Under the pieces are notes generated by a model. It was not told the DNA's origin, searched no databases, and saw only the letters and a program-made list of their open reading frames with translations. The translations under genes were made by a program, and so were the position numbers. Shown piece after piece: positions 27,060 to 36,659 of a DNA stretch of 64,000 nt (positions are counted from its first letter, which is position 1; the number at the start of each line of letters is the position of its first letter). The DNA is from a bacterium (lineage in GTDB: Bacteria; SAR324; JACQKK01). The stretch covers positions 13,550 through 77,549 of the forward strand of contig DATFMP010000022.1 in the NCBI GenBank assembly GCA_035266845.1, read 5' to 3'.

Positions 27060-28832
27060 ATGCTGATTCCCTTTCTGCCCTATCTGCTGGCCGTGGCGGG
27101 GCTGAGTGCCCTGCTGGCGCTGCCCCCGATGGTGGTGGACACGCCGGGCTGGGCTCTCGCCGCGCTCTTTGTGGCCCTGCCGCTGGTGGGCGCCATAGTC
27201 GGTGAGTTGCCCACACGCTGGCTGGGCGGCCGCTATGGCAGCAATCTGCGGCGGCGCATGCTGTTTCTGTCGGGTTGGCTGGCGCTGCTGGCGTTGGTGC
27301 CCATGGCCCCCGTGCTGCAGGCGCACCTGGGCTGGACAGGTGATGGCGAATCGGCGGCGCTGATGGTGCTGCTGCTCAACTATTGGGTGGGCGATGCGCT
27401 GGCGGTGAGCCCGCTCAATCCGCTGGACCATGCGGACCGCCCCGAGCAGTTGCGGCGCTTCGGGCATGCGCTGCGCATGCCGCTGCCGATCCTGCTGCTG
27501 ATGCTGGCGGGGCTGGCGCTGCCCGTGCTCTCGGACGACCTGCTGATCGCACCGGCCGGCCAGTCCTGGATGTTGACGTGGCTGCGAGTGCTGGGCGGGT
27601 TGGGCACCCTGTTGCTGTTGGCCGCGGTGGCGGTGCCGGTGCTGATTCGCTTCTGCTGGGGGCTGCGCACCCTTCCGGAGGGCCCGGCCGCGCAGGCGAT
27701 GCGCCAGGAGCTGGCCGCCAACGGCGTGTCCGTGGGCGCGGTGCTGGCTTGGCCGGACGAGCTGATGGGCCACGCCACGGCTGGGGTGATCGGGCTGCTG
27801 CCGCGCTTCCGCTACCTCATGATCAGCCCCTCCCTGATCGCCGCGCTGGACCCCACGGAGCTGCGGGCCGTCACGGCTCACGAGGCCGGCCACATCAAGC
27901 ACCGCCACCTGTGGTACTTCCTGGTGGCCATCGCCGCCTTCATTCTGGTGATGCAGGTGCTGGCAACAGGGCTCTTCTGGGCGGGCCTGTTCACGGGCGG
28001 GCAGCCCCCCATGTGGCTGATCATCGCGCTGGAAGTGATGGCGCTGCTGGTGTTCTTCCGCTTCGGCGTGGGCTATGTGAGCCGCCACTTCGAGCGCCAG
28101 GCGGACAGCAACGCGCTGCGTCGGCTGGGGCCCCAGCCCTTCGAGCACGCCATCGCCAAGGTGGCCCTAATCAACGGCATTCCGCCGGAGCTGGACAACT
28201 GGCACCACTACGGCATCGGCCGACGCATCCGCTTCGCGCAAAGCGCCCATGCCGAGCCGAAGCGGCTGGTGCGGCACGACCGCAAGGTGACCCGTATCAA
28301 ACTGGGGCTGATCGTGCTGCTGGTGGCCGGGCTGGGTGCCCAGGCCGCGGCTTCGAGCCCCGGCGCGATGAGCTGGCTCGGCGAGCGCTATCTGGCGCAC
28401 CGCCTGAATGGCGACGCCGTGCCGACGCGCGCGGAGCTGCTGCCCTTGCAGTTCCTGGCCAGCCGGGCCGTGCAGCACGACGACACCGCCTCGGCCGAGC
28501 ACTACTTCCGCCTCATCCTGCGCGTCACGCCCAAGGACCCGCAGGCGCTCAACAACCTGGCATGGGTGCTGGTGACCCGACCTCAGGCGCGCCCGCAGGA
28601 TCTGCGCGAGGGACTGCGGCTGGCCGAGCAGGCCTCGGAGACAGGCGATCAGGCCTACATCTGGGATACGCTGGCGGAATCCTACTATCGCCTGGGCCGC
28701 TACAACTCAGCCGTCGCCGCCGCCAGCAAGGCATTGCTGCTGGCCAAGGAGGGCACCGGGCGCGGGGACGTGCCGATCAGCTACTACCAGGAGCGGCTGG
28801 CCGCCTTCGCGCGGCACGGGCAGGGGGCGTAG
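27060..28832 (+). CDS. M48-family zinc metalloprotease (HtpX/Ste24-like) with polytopic membrane N-terminal half and C-terminal TPR repeats
   Basis: HEAGHIKHRH zinc motif; multiple TM helices; C-terminal TPR-like ALNNLAWVLV...AYIWDTLAESYYRLGRYNSAV; ATG at 27060. Confidence 0.8.
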   Translation: MLIPFLPYLLAVAGLSALLALPPMVVDTPGWALAALFVALPLVGAIVGELPTRWLGGRYGSNLRRRMLFLSGWLALLALVPMAPVLQAHLGWTGDGESAALMVLLLNYWVGDALAVSPLNPLDHADRPEQLRRFGHALRMPLPILLLMLAGLALPVLSDDLLIAPAGQSWMLTWLRVLGGLGTLLLLAAVAVPVLIRFCWGLRTLPEGPAAQAMRQELAANGVSVGAVLAWPDELMGHATAGVIGLLPRFRYLMISPSLIAALDPTELRAVTAHEAGHIKHRHLWYFLVAIAAFILVMQVLATGLFWAGLFTGGQPPMWLIIALEVMALLVFFRFGVGYVSRHFERQADSNALRRLGPQPFEHAIAKVALINGIPPELDNWHHYGIGRRIRFAQSAHAEPKRLVRHDRKVTRIKLGLIVLLVAGLGAQAAASSPGAMSWLGERYLAHRLNGDAVPTRAELLPLQFLASRAVQHDDTASAEHYFRLILRVTPKDPQALNNLAWVLVTRPQARPQDLREGLRLAEQASETGDQAYIWDTLAESYYRLGRYNSAVAAASKALLLAKEGTGRGDVPISYYQERLAAFARHGQGA

Positions 28833-28884
28833 CAACGGGGGGCCGCGCCGGCCGCACGGGCGCGGGACAGGGGAGAGCCTGGCC

Positions 28885-29271
28885 ATGCTGGCCTTCAATC
28901 TGAGCGTGTTCTTCCGCAACCTGCGGGGCGAGGAGGTGGCCTTCTCCGCCCGGACGGGGCAGACGGAGCTGCACTTCGTTGGCGGCGTCGTGGCCCTGCA
29001 GGAACACACCGACCTTACGCAGCACCTCGCCGTCACGCTGGGCTCAGGCGACCTGCTACTGCGCATCGCCTTCGAGGAGCCCGAGGACGAGGAGGACGAC
29101 CCGGAAGGCGCCAACGTGGTCGTGCGCCTGTTGCGCGAGAGCGGCGAGCGCGAGCTGCTGCTCGTGCAGACCACCTTCCGCTTCGGCGATGTCTCCCTCA
29201 AGCCCGCCAGCGACCTCGCCGCGCACCCGGGCGAGGAGCCGCCGCCGGACGACGGCGACCAGCCGGCGTAG
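28885..29271 (+). CDS. hypothetical acidic protein
   Basis: Protein-like composition; no recognised family. Confidence 0.4.
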   Translation: MLAFNLSVFFRNLRGEEVAFSARTGQTELHFVGGVVALQEHTDLTQHLAVTLGSGDLLLRIAFEEPEDEEDDPEGANVVVRLLRESGERELLLVQTTFRFGDVSLKPASDLAAHPGEEPPPDDGDQPA

Positions 29272-29377
29272 CGGCCGGTCTTATGCCAGTTGGACTGAAT
29301 CCAGACACAACGGCCGTGCGCCCTTCGAGACGCGCTTCGCGCTCCTCAGGAACGCGGTGGAGAGCCCACCTGCCCGG

Positions 29378-29764
29378 CTACCAAGCCTTGCGGGCGAGGT
29401 AGTGCAGCGCCAGCGAGCCCGCCAGCACGTAGGTGAGCCAGTGGTGCAGGTGCCGCGCGAAGGCCCAGGCCTGCACGCCGTAGGCGATCAGCACCAGTCC
29501 CGTCAGGATCAGCAGCGCCGCCGAGATGGCCTGCCCCTCCCCGGAGAGCGGCAACAACCGCAGCCGTCGCAGCCAACGCCGGTTGGCGCGGATGTGATCC
29601 CACGCGTAGAGCGGGAACATCACCAGGAACAGCAGGCCCAGCCAGTAGTGCACCAGCGACACACCGCGCGCGAGATCCTTCGTGAGGCCCAGCGGGCCCC
29701 CGAAGCCCACCAGCAAACCCGTGACGGTGAGGGCGGCAATCAGGCTGACGACGATCTTTCGCAC
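29378..29764 (-). CDS. hypothetical 4-TM membrane protein
   Basis: Four hydrophobic helices (IVVSLIAALTVTGLLVGF, LGLLFLVMFPLYAW, AALLILTGLVLIAYGV, LTYVLAGSLALHYLA). Confidence 0.5.
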   Translation of the reverse strand: MRKIVVSLIAALTVTGLLVGFGGPLGLTKDLARGVSLVHYWLGLLFLVMFPLYAWDHIRANRRWLRRLRLLPLSGEGQAISAALLILTGLVLIAYGVQAWAFARHLHHWLTYVLAGSLALHYLARKAW

Positions 29765-29831
29765 GGGCGCAGTCTTTCCGAAGGGGTGGGCGGATGCGGG
29801 AACGTGTGGAATCGCTCGACGACCGTGGCGC

Positions 29832-30467
29832 TCAGGCCACCTTGTCGGGCCACTCGCACTCAGCCGCGATGACGCAGTGAGCGCAGTCCGGCTTGCGCGC
29901 CTTGCACACGTAGCGGCCGTGCAGGATCAGGTAGTGGTGCGCGTGGTGCAGGTGGCGCTTGGGCACGATGCGCAGCAGGCCCTCCTCCACCTCACGCACG
30001 GTCTTGCCCGGCGCCAAGCCCGTGCGATTGCCCAGCCGAAACACGTGGGTGTCCACGGCGATAGTAGGGTGCCCGAAGGCCACGTTGAGGATCACATTGG
30101 CCGTCTTGCGGCCCACCCCCGGCAGCGCCTCCAGCGCCTCGCGGTGCGGCGGGACCTCGCCACCGTGGCGCTCCAGCAACAGGCGGCAGGTGGCGATGAT
30201 GTTGCGGGCCTTGGTGGGCGCCAGGCCGATGGTGCGGATGTGGGAGAGCAGGCCCGCCTCGCCCAGCTTCAGCAGGGCGTCCGGCGTGCCATAGCGCGGA
30301 AACAGGTTAGCCGTGGCGGCATTGACCGACTTGTCCGTGGCCTGCGCACTGAGGATCACGGCCACCAGCAGCTCGAAGGGGGAGCGGTAGACCAACTCCG
30401 AGCGCGGCTCGGGTCCCGTGGCCGCCAGCTTGTCGAAGAGGCGCGCGGCCTTGGCCCGGGTCACTTG
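29832..30467 (-). CDS. nth: endonuclease III (DNA glycosylase/AP lyase)
   Basis: HhH-GPD LPGVGRKTANVILN; 4Fe-4S cluster CxxxxxxCxxCxxxxxC (CKARKPDCAHCVIAAEC); probable GTG start near 30467. Confidence 0.85.
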   Translation of the reverse strand, partial: QVTRAKAARLFDKLAATGPEPRSELVYRSPFELLVAVILSAQATDKSVNAATANLFPRYGTPDALLKLGEAGLLSHIRTIGLAPTKARNIIATCRLLLERHGGEVPPHREALEALPGVGRKTANVILNVAFGHPTIAVDTHVFRLGNRTGLAPGKTVREVEEGLLRIVPKRHLHHAHHYLILHGRYVCKARKPDCAHCVIAAECEWPDKVA

Positions 30468-31874
30468 GCGCTCTGCGGCTCTTCCAGGAAGGCGTGGTGG
30501 ATAGCCTTGAGGCCCACCTCCGCGTCCTCCTCCTTGATGACGCAGGAGATGTTGATCTCCGAGGCGCCCTGCGAAATCATCTCGATGTTCACGCCCGCCT
30601 CGCCGAGGCTGGTAAACATGCGCCCAGCGGTGCCCTGAGCGTACTTCATGCCCTCGCCCACCATGGCCAGGATGGCCCGGCCGGGGGTGATGTCCACCTG
30701 ACCCAGCTCCTGCAGCGAGGCCATGGCCTTCTCCAACTCCTCGCGGCGATCCACCGTGAAGGACAGGCTCACCTCGGAGGTGGCGATGAGATCCACCACG
30801 ACCCCGTTCTCCGCCAGCACCTCGAACACCCGCGCCATGAAGCCGTAGGCGTTGTACATGCGGTTGGAGGTGATGGTGAAGATGGTGATGCCCTTCTTCG
30901 CCGTCACCGCGGTGACCCGCTGGGGCAGCGCCCCGGCCTTGTTGCGGGGCAGGATCACGGTGCCCGGGGCCTCCGGGCGGAACGTGTTCTTGATGCGGAT
31001 GGGCACCTCCGCCGCCACCACGCGCTCCATCGTGAACGGGTGCAGCACCTCCGAGCCGAAGTAGGTCAGCTCGCTGGCCTCCGTGGGCGAGATGCTTGGC
31101 AGCACGCGCGCCGTGGGCACGCGGCGGGGATCGGCCGTGAACACGCCGTCCACCTCCTTCCACACTTGCATCTCCTCCACCTTCTTGCGGCCCAGGCCCG
31201 CGGAGATCAACGCCGCGGTGAAGTCCGTGTAGCCCCGCCCCACCGCCCGCAGCAGGCCGCCCGGCACCATGCCGAAGAAGCCGGTCACCACGGGCACCTC
31301 GTGGTCCTTGGGCGCGCACTGCATGGCCAGCCGCTCCTGCAGGCGCCGGAAGAAGCCCGGGGTCACCTCCGCCTCCTCCTCCGGCACTACATGCGTGAGG
31401 TCCACGAACACCGTGGGCACCGCGCGGTCGCGCAGCACGGACGAGAGCAGGAACGCGCTGAAGCGCTCGCCTGTGGCCATCAGGATGTCCTGGGAGCGAG
31501 GGGAAAGCTCGCGGATCACCTGGATCGCATCCAGGAAGCTGTGCAGCCAGATCAGCTCCGTCTCGATCCAGCGCTCCACCTCCTCGCGCAGTTCCAGCGA
31601 GGCGATGGCCTCGCTCACGGCCCGGCGATGGTTGGCCTCCAGCTTCTCCAGCGGCACCTCAAAGGGCACGCCCTGCACGGCCAACTCACCCGCCTCCAGC
31701 AGCAGGTTGGTGGTGCCCTCGGACTTCACCGTGCTGCTCATGGCCGAGACGACCGCGATCACCTCGTGTTCCTTGCGCGCGTGCTGGATGATCTCCGCCA
31801 CGTTGCGCATGCGCTCACCGGTGCCCACGCTGGTGCCACCAAACTTCTGTACGATCATGCCCATGGATGGTCCT
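30461..31874 (-). CDS. lysC: aspartate kinase (with two C-terminal ACT domains)
   Basis: MGMIVQKFGGTSVG N-terminus; AVVSAM...T; ACT regions; ~470 aa. The rest of the 824 aa ORF is spurious. Confidence 0.9.
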
Positions 31875-32065
31875 TGCTCTCTCGGCCCCACCAGTCCCCT
31901 AAACTGCAATTCTTGACCGATTTTCAGCCTCTTGTACACCTTTTGGCCCCACTTTGGGGCCAATACCGCGTCGCTCTGCACTACTTGACTCATTGAACTA
32001 TCTTGGTACATTGGTACCAATACTGACGATTCGCATCGGTACGACCCCTTTGGTGGAGCGGAAAT

Positions 32066-32794
32066 ATGGCTCAGGCAGCGATGCAAACCCCGGCGCAAGC
32101 GCCGGACGGGCCCGTGGTGGAGCGGGTGCAGACGGGCGTTCGGCTGGAGAAGCGCATGCTCAAGGTGCTGAAAGGCCTCGCCGAGTACCTGGACATCACG
32201 CTGGGCGACCTGCTGGAGGGCGTGGTGCTGCACGCCTTTGCCGGACGCGCACCGTTCAGCGAGGGCACGCGGGCCCGCATCCGGGAGCTGCAGGGGGTCT
32301 ACGGGATGGACTACGGCGTAAAGGCTGCCCACCGCATGCGCGAGGCCGCGGGTGAGCCGCCGGACCCCGCCGAATCGCCCGCGCTGGGCTGGGACGACCT
32401 CAGCGACGCCGGGGTGGCCCACGCCTTCGCCAGCGGGGCGCTGGTCGGGGCGGAGTTCCACCATGCCCACCATGTGCGCGTGGCCTGGGTGCTGCTGCGG
32501 GAGCACGGCCCGGCCGAGGCCTTGCCGCTGATGCGGGCGGGCATCCACCGCATCGCGCAGGCGCATGGCCACCCGGGGCTGTACCACGAGACCATCACCG
32601 CGGCGTACCTGCACCTGATTCACGCAAGTGCGCAGGCGGAGCCGGGTCTGGGCTGGGAACTCTTCCGCGAGCGCCACCCTGCGCTGTTCCAGTGGCCCTC
32701 GGCCCTGCTCGCCGAGCACTACAGTCCGGAGCGGCTGAACGACCCCGACGCCCGCGCCAACTTTCTGCTCCCCGACCGCGCCCCGCTGCCGTAG
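32066..32794 (+). CDS. hypothetical protein with putative N-terminal ribbon-helix-helix-like DNA-binding segment
   Basis: VRLEKRMLKVLKGLAEYLDITLGDLLEGVVLHAF; His-rich C-terminal half; preceded by palindromes in the promoter region. Confidence 0.55.
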   Translation: MAQAAMQTPAQAPDGPVVERVQTGVRLEKRMLKVLKGLAEYLDITLGDLLEGVVLHAFAGRAPFSEGTRARIRELQGVYGMDYGVKAAHRMREAAGEPPDPAESPALGWDDLSDAGVAHAFASGALVGAEFHHAHHVRVAWVLLREHGPAEALPLMRAGIHRIAQAHGHPGLYHETITAAYLHLIHASAQAEPGLGWELFRERHPALFQWPSALLAEHYSPERLNDPDARANFLLPDRAPLP

Positions 32795-32833
32795 AGGCGA
32801 ACGCGGGACGAGGTCATCCGGGGCTCCCAAACA

Positions 32834-32873
32834 GCCAAAAAAGTCCGTTGTGGGGGCCAAAGGCCCCCACAAC
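32834..32873 (-). terminator. intrinsic terminator for the trmH-family transcript (perfect 12-bp stem GTTGTGGGGGCC/GGCCCCCACAAC, followed on the minus strand by TTTTTTGG)
   Basis: Hairpin 32847-32873 plus the A-run 32834-32842 on the plus strand (a T-run on the minus strand). Confidence 0.5.
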
Positions 32874-33017
32874 CCCAGCACATGGGGTCCAGGCTGGTAG
32901 CGCTCCCTTGGGGCCAACTGCCCTTCCAAGTCCAAGCTGTGTCTAAACAGACGTCGCTATAGGCTTCCGCGCGCTTCGAGACGCGGCGGTCGTTCTGCGA
33001 GGTTCTTCAGACACAGC

Positions 33018-33716
33018 CTAATCGGACGGCCTGTCGCCGGCCGGATCGGGCTCGCCCAGAATGCGCTCGGGGTGCTTGATGCTCTGGCGCAGCCACTTGG
33101 CGTAGAGGGCCTGCTGGCGCTCCGGACTGAGGGCAAAGCGCTCGGGCCGGGGGTCGTCGGCCGCAAGGCGCGTGATGGCTTGGCGCGCCTGATAGGCGCT
33201 GATGGCAACGGCCACGGACAGGTTGAGACTTTCCACGAATCCCAGCATGTCGATGCGGAAGGCGCCGTCGGCAAGCGCCAGCACCTCGTCCGAGACCCCC
33301 AGGTGCTCGTTGCCGAAGACCAGCGCCGAGCGGCGGCTCCAGTCCAGCGCGGGCAGGGATGTGGCTCCGCCGGCGCTCAGGTGGCTGGCGTAGACGGTAT
33401 AGCCCGCGGCCTTAAGGCTCTGCAGGCAGTCCGCGGTGGTGGGCGCCTCCTGCAGCGAGAGCCAGCGGTCTGCGCTGATGCTGATGCCGCGCGAGAGCTG
33501 CAGGCGCTCGCCGGGCTGCACCAGGTGCGCATCCTGGAACGAGAAGGCATCCAGCGAGCGCAGGGCGGCGCTGAGGTTGTGGGGGTCGATCATGCGTTCG
33601 AATACGAACGCCACGTGATCGCTGCGGCCGGCCAGCACCGTGCGCATGCGCCGGCGCCGGGCGTCGGTGAGCAGCGGCTCCAGGCGGGCGATCACTTCCG
33701 CGTCGGACAGGGGCAT
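33018..33716 (-). CDS. SpoU/TrmH-family tRNA/rRNA 2'-O-methyltransferase
   Basis: SPOUT motifs VFGNEHLGVSDEVL and ESLNLSVAVAISAYQ. Confidence 0.8.
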   Translation of the reverse strand: MPLSDAEVIARLEPLLTDARRRRMRTVLAGRSDHVAFVFERMIDPHNLSAALRSLDAFSFQDAHLVQPGERLQLSRGISISADRWLSLQEAPTTADCLQSLKAAGYTVYASHLSAGGATSLPALDWSRRSALVFGNEHLGVSDEVLALADGAFRIDMLGFVESLNLSVAVAISAYQARQAITRLAADDPRPERFALSPERQQALYAKWLRQSIKHPERILGEPDPAGDRPSD

Positions 33717-33801
33717 GGGCGGGCCTCGACGGAAACGCTCAGGCGCGCGTCCAGCCGGTGCGAGGGTGGTGGGACGGAACGACGGCCGGGGGCACCCGCG
33801 G

Positions 33802-34766
33802 TCAACTCGCCAGGGCCAGGAACTCCGGCCCTTCGGCCAGGGCGTGCAGCCGCGCGATGAGGGTCGGCTCGTCGTTCACCTCCAGCAACGTGCGGCGGAC
33901 CTGCTTGGCGAGCTGGAAGCCCCGCAGGTAGCCCGCCAAGTGCCTGCGAATCTCGATGAGTGCCTGGCGCTCGGGCTTGCTTTCGCGCATGAGGTGGTAG
34001 TGGCGGATCATCACCTGCACACGCTCGGCCACGGTCGGGTGGCGCTGGCCCGCATCGGCCAGGAAGACCCACGGGTTGCCGATGGCGGCGCGGCCGATCA
34101 TGAAGCCGTCCAGGTCGCCCAGGCGGCGCAGGCCATCCGCATGGTCCTGCACGTCCCCATTGCCCAGTACGGGCACCGAGAGGTGCCGCTTCAGCTCGTG
34201 GATGGGCGCCCAGTCCGCCTCTCCGCGGAACGCCTGGTTGTACGTGCGGCCATGAATGGTGATCAGCGAGGCGCCGGCATCCACCAGCGATGAGGCGAAC
34301 GGGACAAGCTGCTCCGCGTTGCTCCAGCCCAGCCGGGTCTTCACCGAGACCTCGATGCGGCAGGCGTTGGCGATGGCCTCCACCACGCGGCAGGCTTGAT
34401 TGACATCGCGCATCAAGCCGCTACCATGTTGAGAATGAACGATTTTCCTGGCCGGACAGCCCATGTTGATGTCCACTCCGGCCACCCCCTGCTGCTCCAG
34501 AATCAGGGCCGCCTCTCGAAAGGCTTCGGGGCTGTTGCCGAACAACTGCACGAAATAGGGATGTTCCTCCGGCACAAAGGCCAGCCGCTGACGCAGGCGC
34601 TCGCTGCGCAAGAAGCCGTCCGCGCTGGTAAACTCGCTGAACAACACCACGTCCGGCGCGAAGCTGCGCACGAGGCGCCGATAAGCGCTGTCCGTAACGC
34701 CGTCCATGGGCGCCAGGCACACAATGGGTCGGGGCATTTCCGCCCAGGGGCGCGGGGCTTGGGTCA
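33802..34766 (-). CDS. dus: tRNA-dihydrouridine synthase
   Basis: LAPMDGVTDSAYR, VDINMGCPARK and TIHGRT motifs; ATG at 34766. The upstream 340 aa of the ORF is spurious. Confidence 0.85.
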
Positions 34767-34818
34767 TGACCGTCTTGGGTTGCGGGGCCGGAGCACGCGC
34801 TAAGGGGCGCGTGAGTCT

Positions 34819-36216
34819 ATGAACATCCTCATCATCGACGAAAACGAGATCGTCCGGCGCCATTTGTTCTGGGCGCTGCGCAAGGGGCATGCCCTGCACG
34901 AGGCGGTGAGCCGGGAGGAAGCGCAGAACATCCTCCAGCGGCTGGCCCCGGACGTCATCCTGATGGAACTGCTCGAGGAGCGCGACGCGGACGAATCCGC
35001 GGCCGTGGCCATGGTGGAGCGCTTGCTGGCCGAGCCCGCGCCTCCCTCCATCATTATCATCACGCGCTCCGATCGCAAAGAGGTGGCTGCCCATCTGCTG
35101 GAGATGGGCGTGGCGGACGTCTTCACCAAGCCCTTCGATCCCGAGGAGCTGCAGGTCGTGCTCAAGCGCGTGGAGCGCCTGCGCGAGCTGCGGCCGCTGC
35201 TGGGCCGGCACGAAGCCGGCAGCGACGGCGCCCGCCCGCGGCCCCCGCCGCTGGATCACGCGCAGCGGGTGGAGCTGGGCATCGTGGGGGTAGACCGGCG
35301 CATCAAGCAGATTCTGGAGCAGATTCGGCGCATCGCGCCCACGCCGGTCTCGGTGCTCATCATGGGCGAGACGGGCACCGGCAAGGAGATCTTTGCCCAG
35401 GCCGTGCACACCCTGAGCGACCGTCGCCAGCAGCGCATGGTGCCCCTCAACTGCGCTGTGCTCAGTGACACGCTGGTGGAAGACGAGCTGTTCGGGCACG
35501 AGAAGGGCGCCTTCACCGGGGCCGTTGAGCGGCGCAAGGGCAAGTTCGAATACGCCAACAAGGGCTCGCTGTTCCTGGACGAGATCGGGGAGATGAGCCC
35601 ACGCCTGCAGGCCAAGTTCCTGCGGGTGGTGCAGGAGCGCACCTTCGAGCGCCTGGGGGGCAACACGCCCATCGAGACGGACTTCCGCCTGATCTCCGCC
35701 ACCCATCGCGACCTGCCGGAGATGGTGCAGGAAGGCACGTTCCGCGAGGACCTCATGTTCCGCGTGAACGTCGTCTCGTTCCACATCCCACCCCTGCGGG
35801 ACCGGCGCGGGGACGTGAAGCTGCTAGGCGAGCACTTCCTGACCGAATTCGCCAAGGTCTTCGGCCGCACGGAGCCCATGCGCTTCTCGCGCGAGGTGAT
35901 CCACTTCATGTACGACTATCCGTGGCCAGGCAACGTGCGCGAGCTGCGCCACTTCGTGGAGCGGGCGGTGGCACTGGCGGACGGCCGCACGATCGGCACG
36001 GAGGCCCTGCCGGAGAGCTTCACGCCCACGGTCACCGGCGAACCTCTGGCCTCGGACAAGGGGCACTACGACAAGCTGGTCAAGAAGTACAAGCGCCAGC
36101 TCGTCATGGAAGCCCTGCAGAGCACTGGCAACAACAAGGTGCAGACCGCCCAGCTGCTGGGCATCAGCAAGTCCTACCTCTTCAAGCTCATCAAGCAGCT
36201 CTCCGTCCCGGCGTAG
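34819..36216 (+). CDS. sigma-54-dependent Fis-family response regulator (NtrC-like)
   Basis: Receiver domain; AAA+ GETGTGKE, GAFTGA-like (GAFTGAVERR) and ESELFGHEKG-like motifs; C-terminal Fis HTH QTAQLLGISKSYLFKLIK. The phospho-acceptor region is atypical (ELLEE). Confidence 0.85.
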   Translation: MNILIIDENEIVRRHLFWALRKGHALHEAVSREEAQNILQRLAPDVILMELLEERDADESAAVAMVERLLAEPAPPSIIIITRSDRKEVAAHLLEMGVADVFTKPFDPEELQVVLKRVERLRELRPLLGRHEAGSDGARPRPPPLDHAQRVELGIVGVDRRIKQILEQIRRIAPTPVSVLIMGETGTGKEIFAQAVHTLSDRRQQRMVPLNCAVLSDTLVEDELFGHEKGAFTGAVERRKGKFEYANKGSLFLDEIGEMSPRLQAKFLRVVQERTFERLGGNTPIETDFRLISATHRDLPEMVQEGTFREDLMFRVNVVSFHIPPLRDRRGDVKLLGEHFLTEFAKVFGRTEPMRFSREVIHFMYDYPWPGNVRELRHFVERAVALADGRTIGTEALPESFTPTVTGEPLASDKGHYDKLVKKYKRQLVMEALQSTGNNKVQTAQLLGISKSYLFKLIKQLSVPA

Positions 36217-36659
36217 ATGCTGTCTGGGAAATAGGTCTGCAAGTGGCCGGGCTGCCTGCAGCCCACAAGAAATCCAGTGCGGGGGCCGAGGGCCTTCGCT
36301 CTCCCAATCCGGCCCTGACCAGAGCCGACGCGGTGCCACGCGCAAACAGAGTCCACGGAACCTCACTCCCTGGTGGAGCGTGGGGCGCAGCCCTGCACAC
36401 CCGCAGCCTATTCGCACAGGCCCTGGTAGAGCGTCAGCCCTAAACTTCAGGATGGACACCTCCAAGGGGGCTCCACCCCCTTGGAACCCCCGCAAGGGAG
36501 CAAGCCCCCTTGACCTCATTTGGGGGGGTGCAGGGGCCTTCGGCCCCTGCCGGAACGTGGAGGGGCGGACGCGGCCGAGCGCTCGCGCGAAACCGCCGGC
36601 AGCACCGGAGGCAGCGCCTTCCTCCTCCGCAAACCCCAATATTAAGCCTTGGCGCACCA

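Noticed and set aside
31875-32065. Possible lysine riboswitch in the aspartate kinase leader
   Set aside because: I could not find the conserved L-box core segments by eye. This is left as a check rather than a call.
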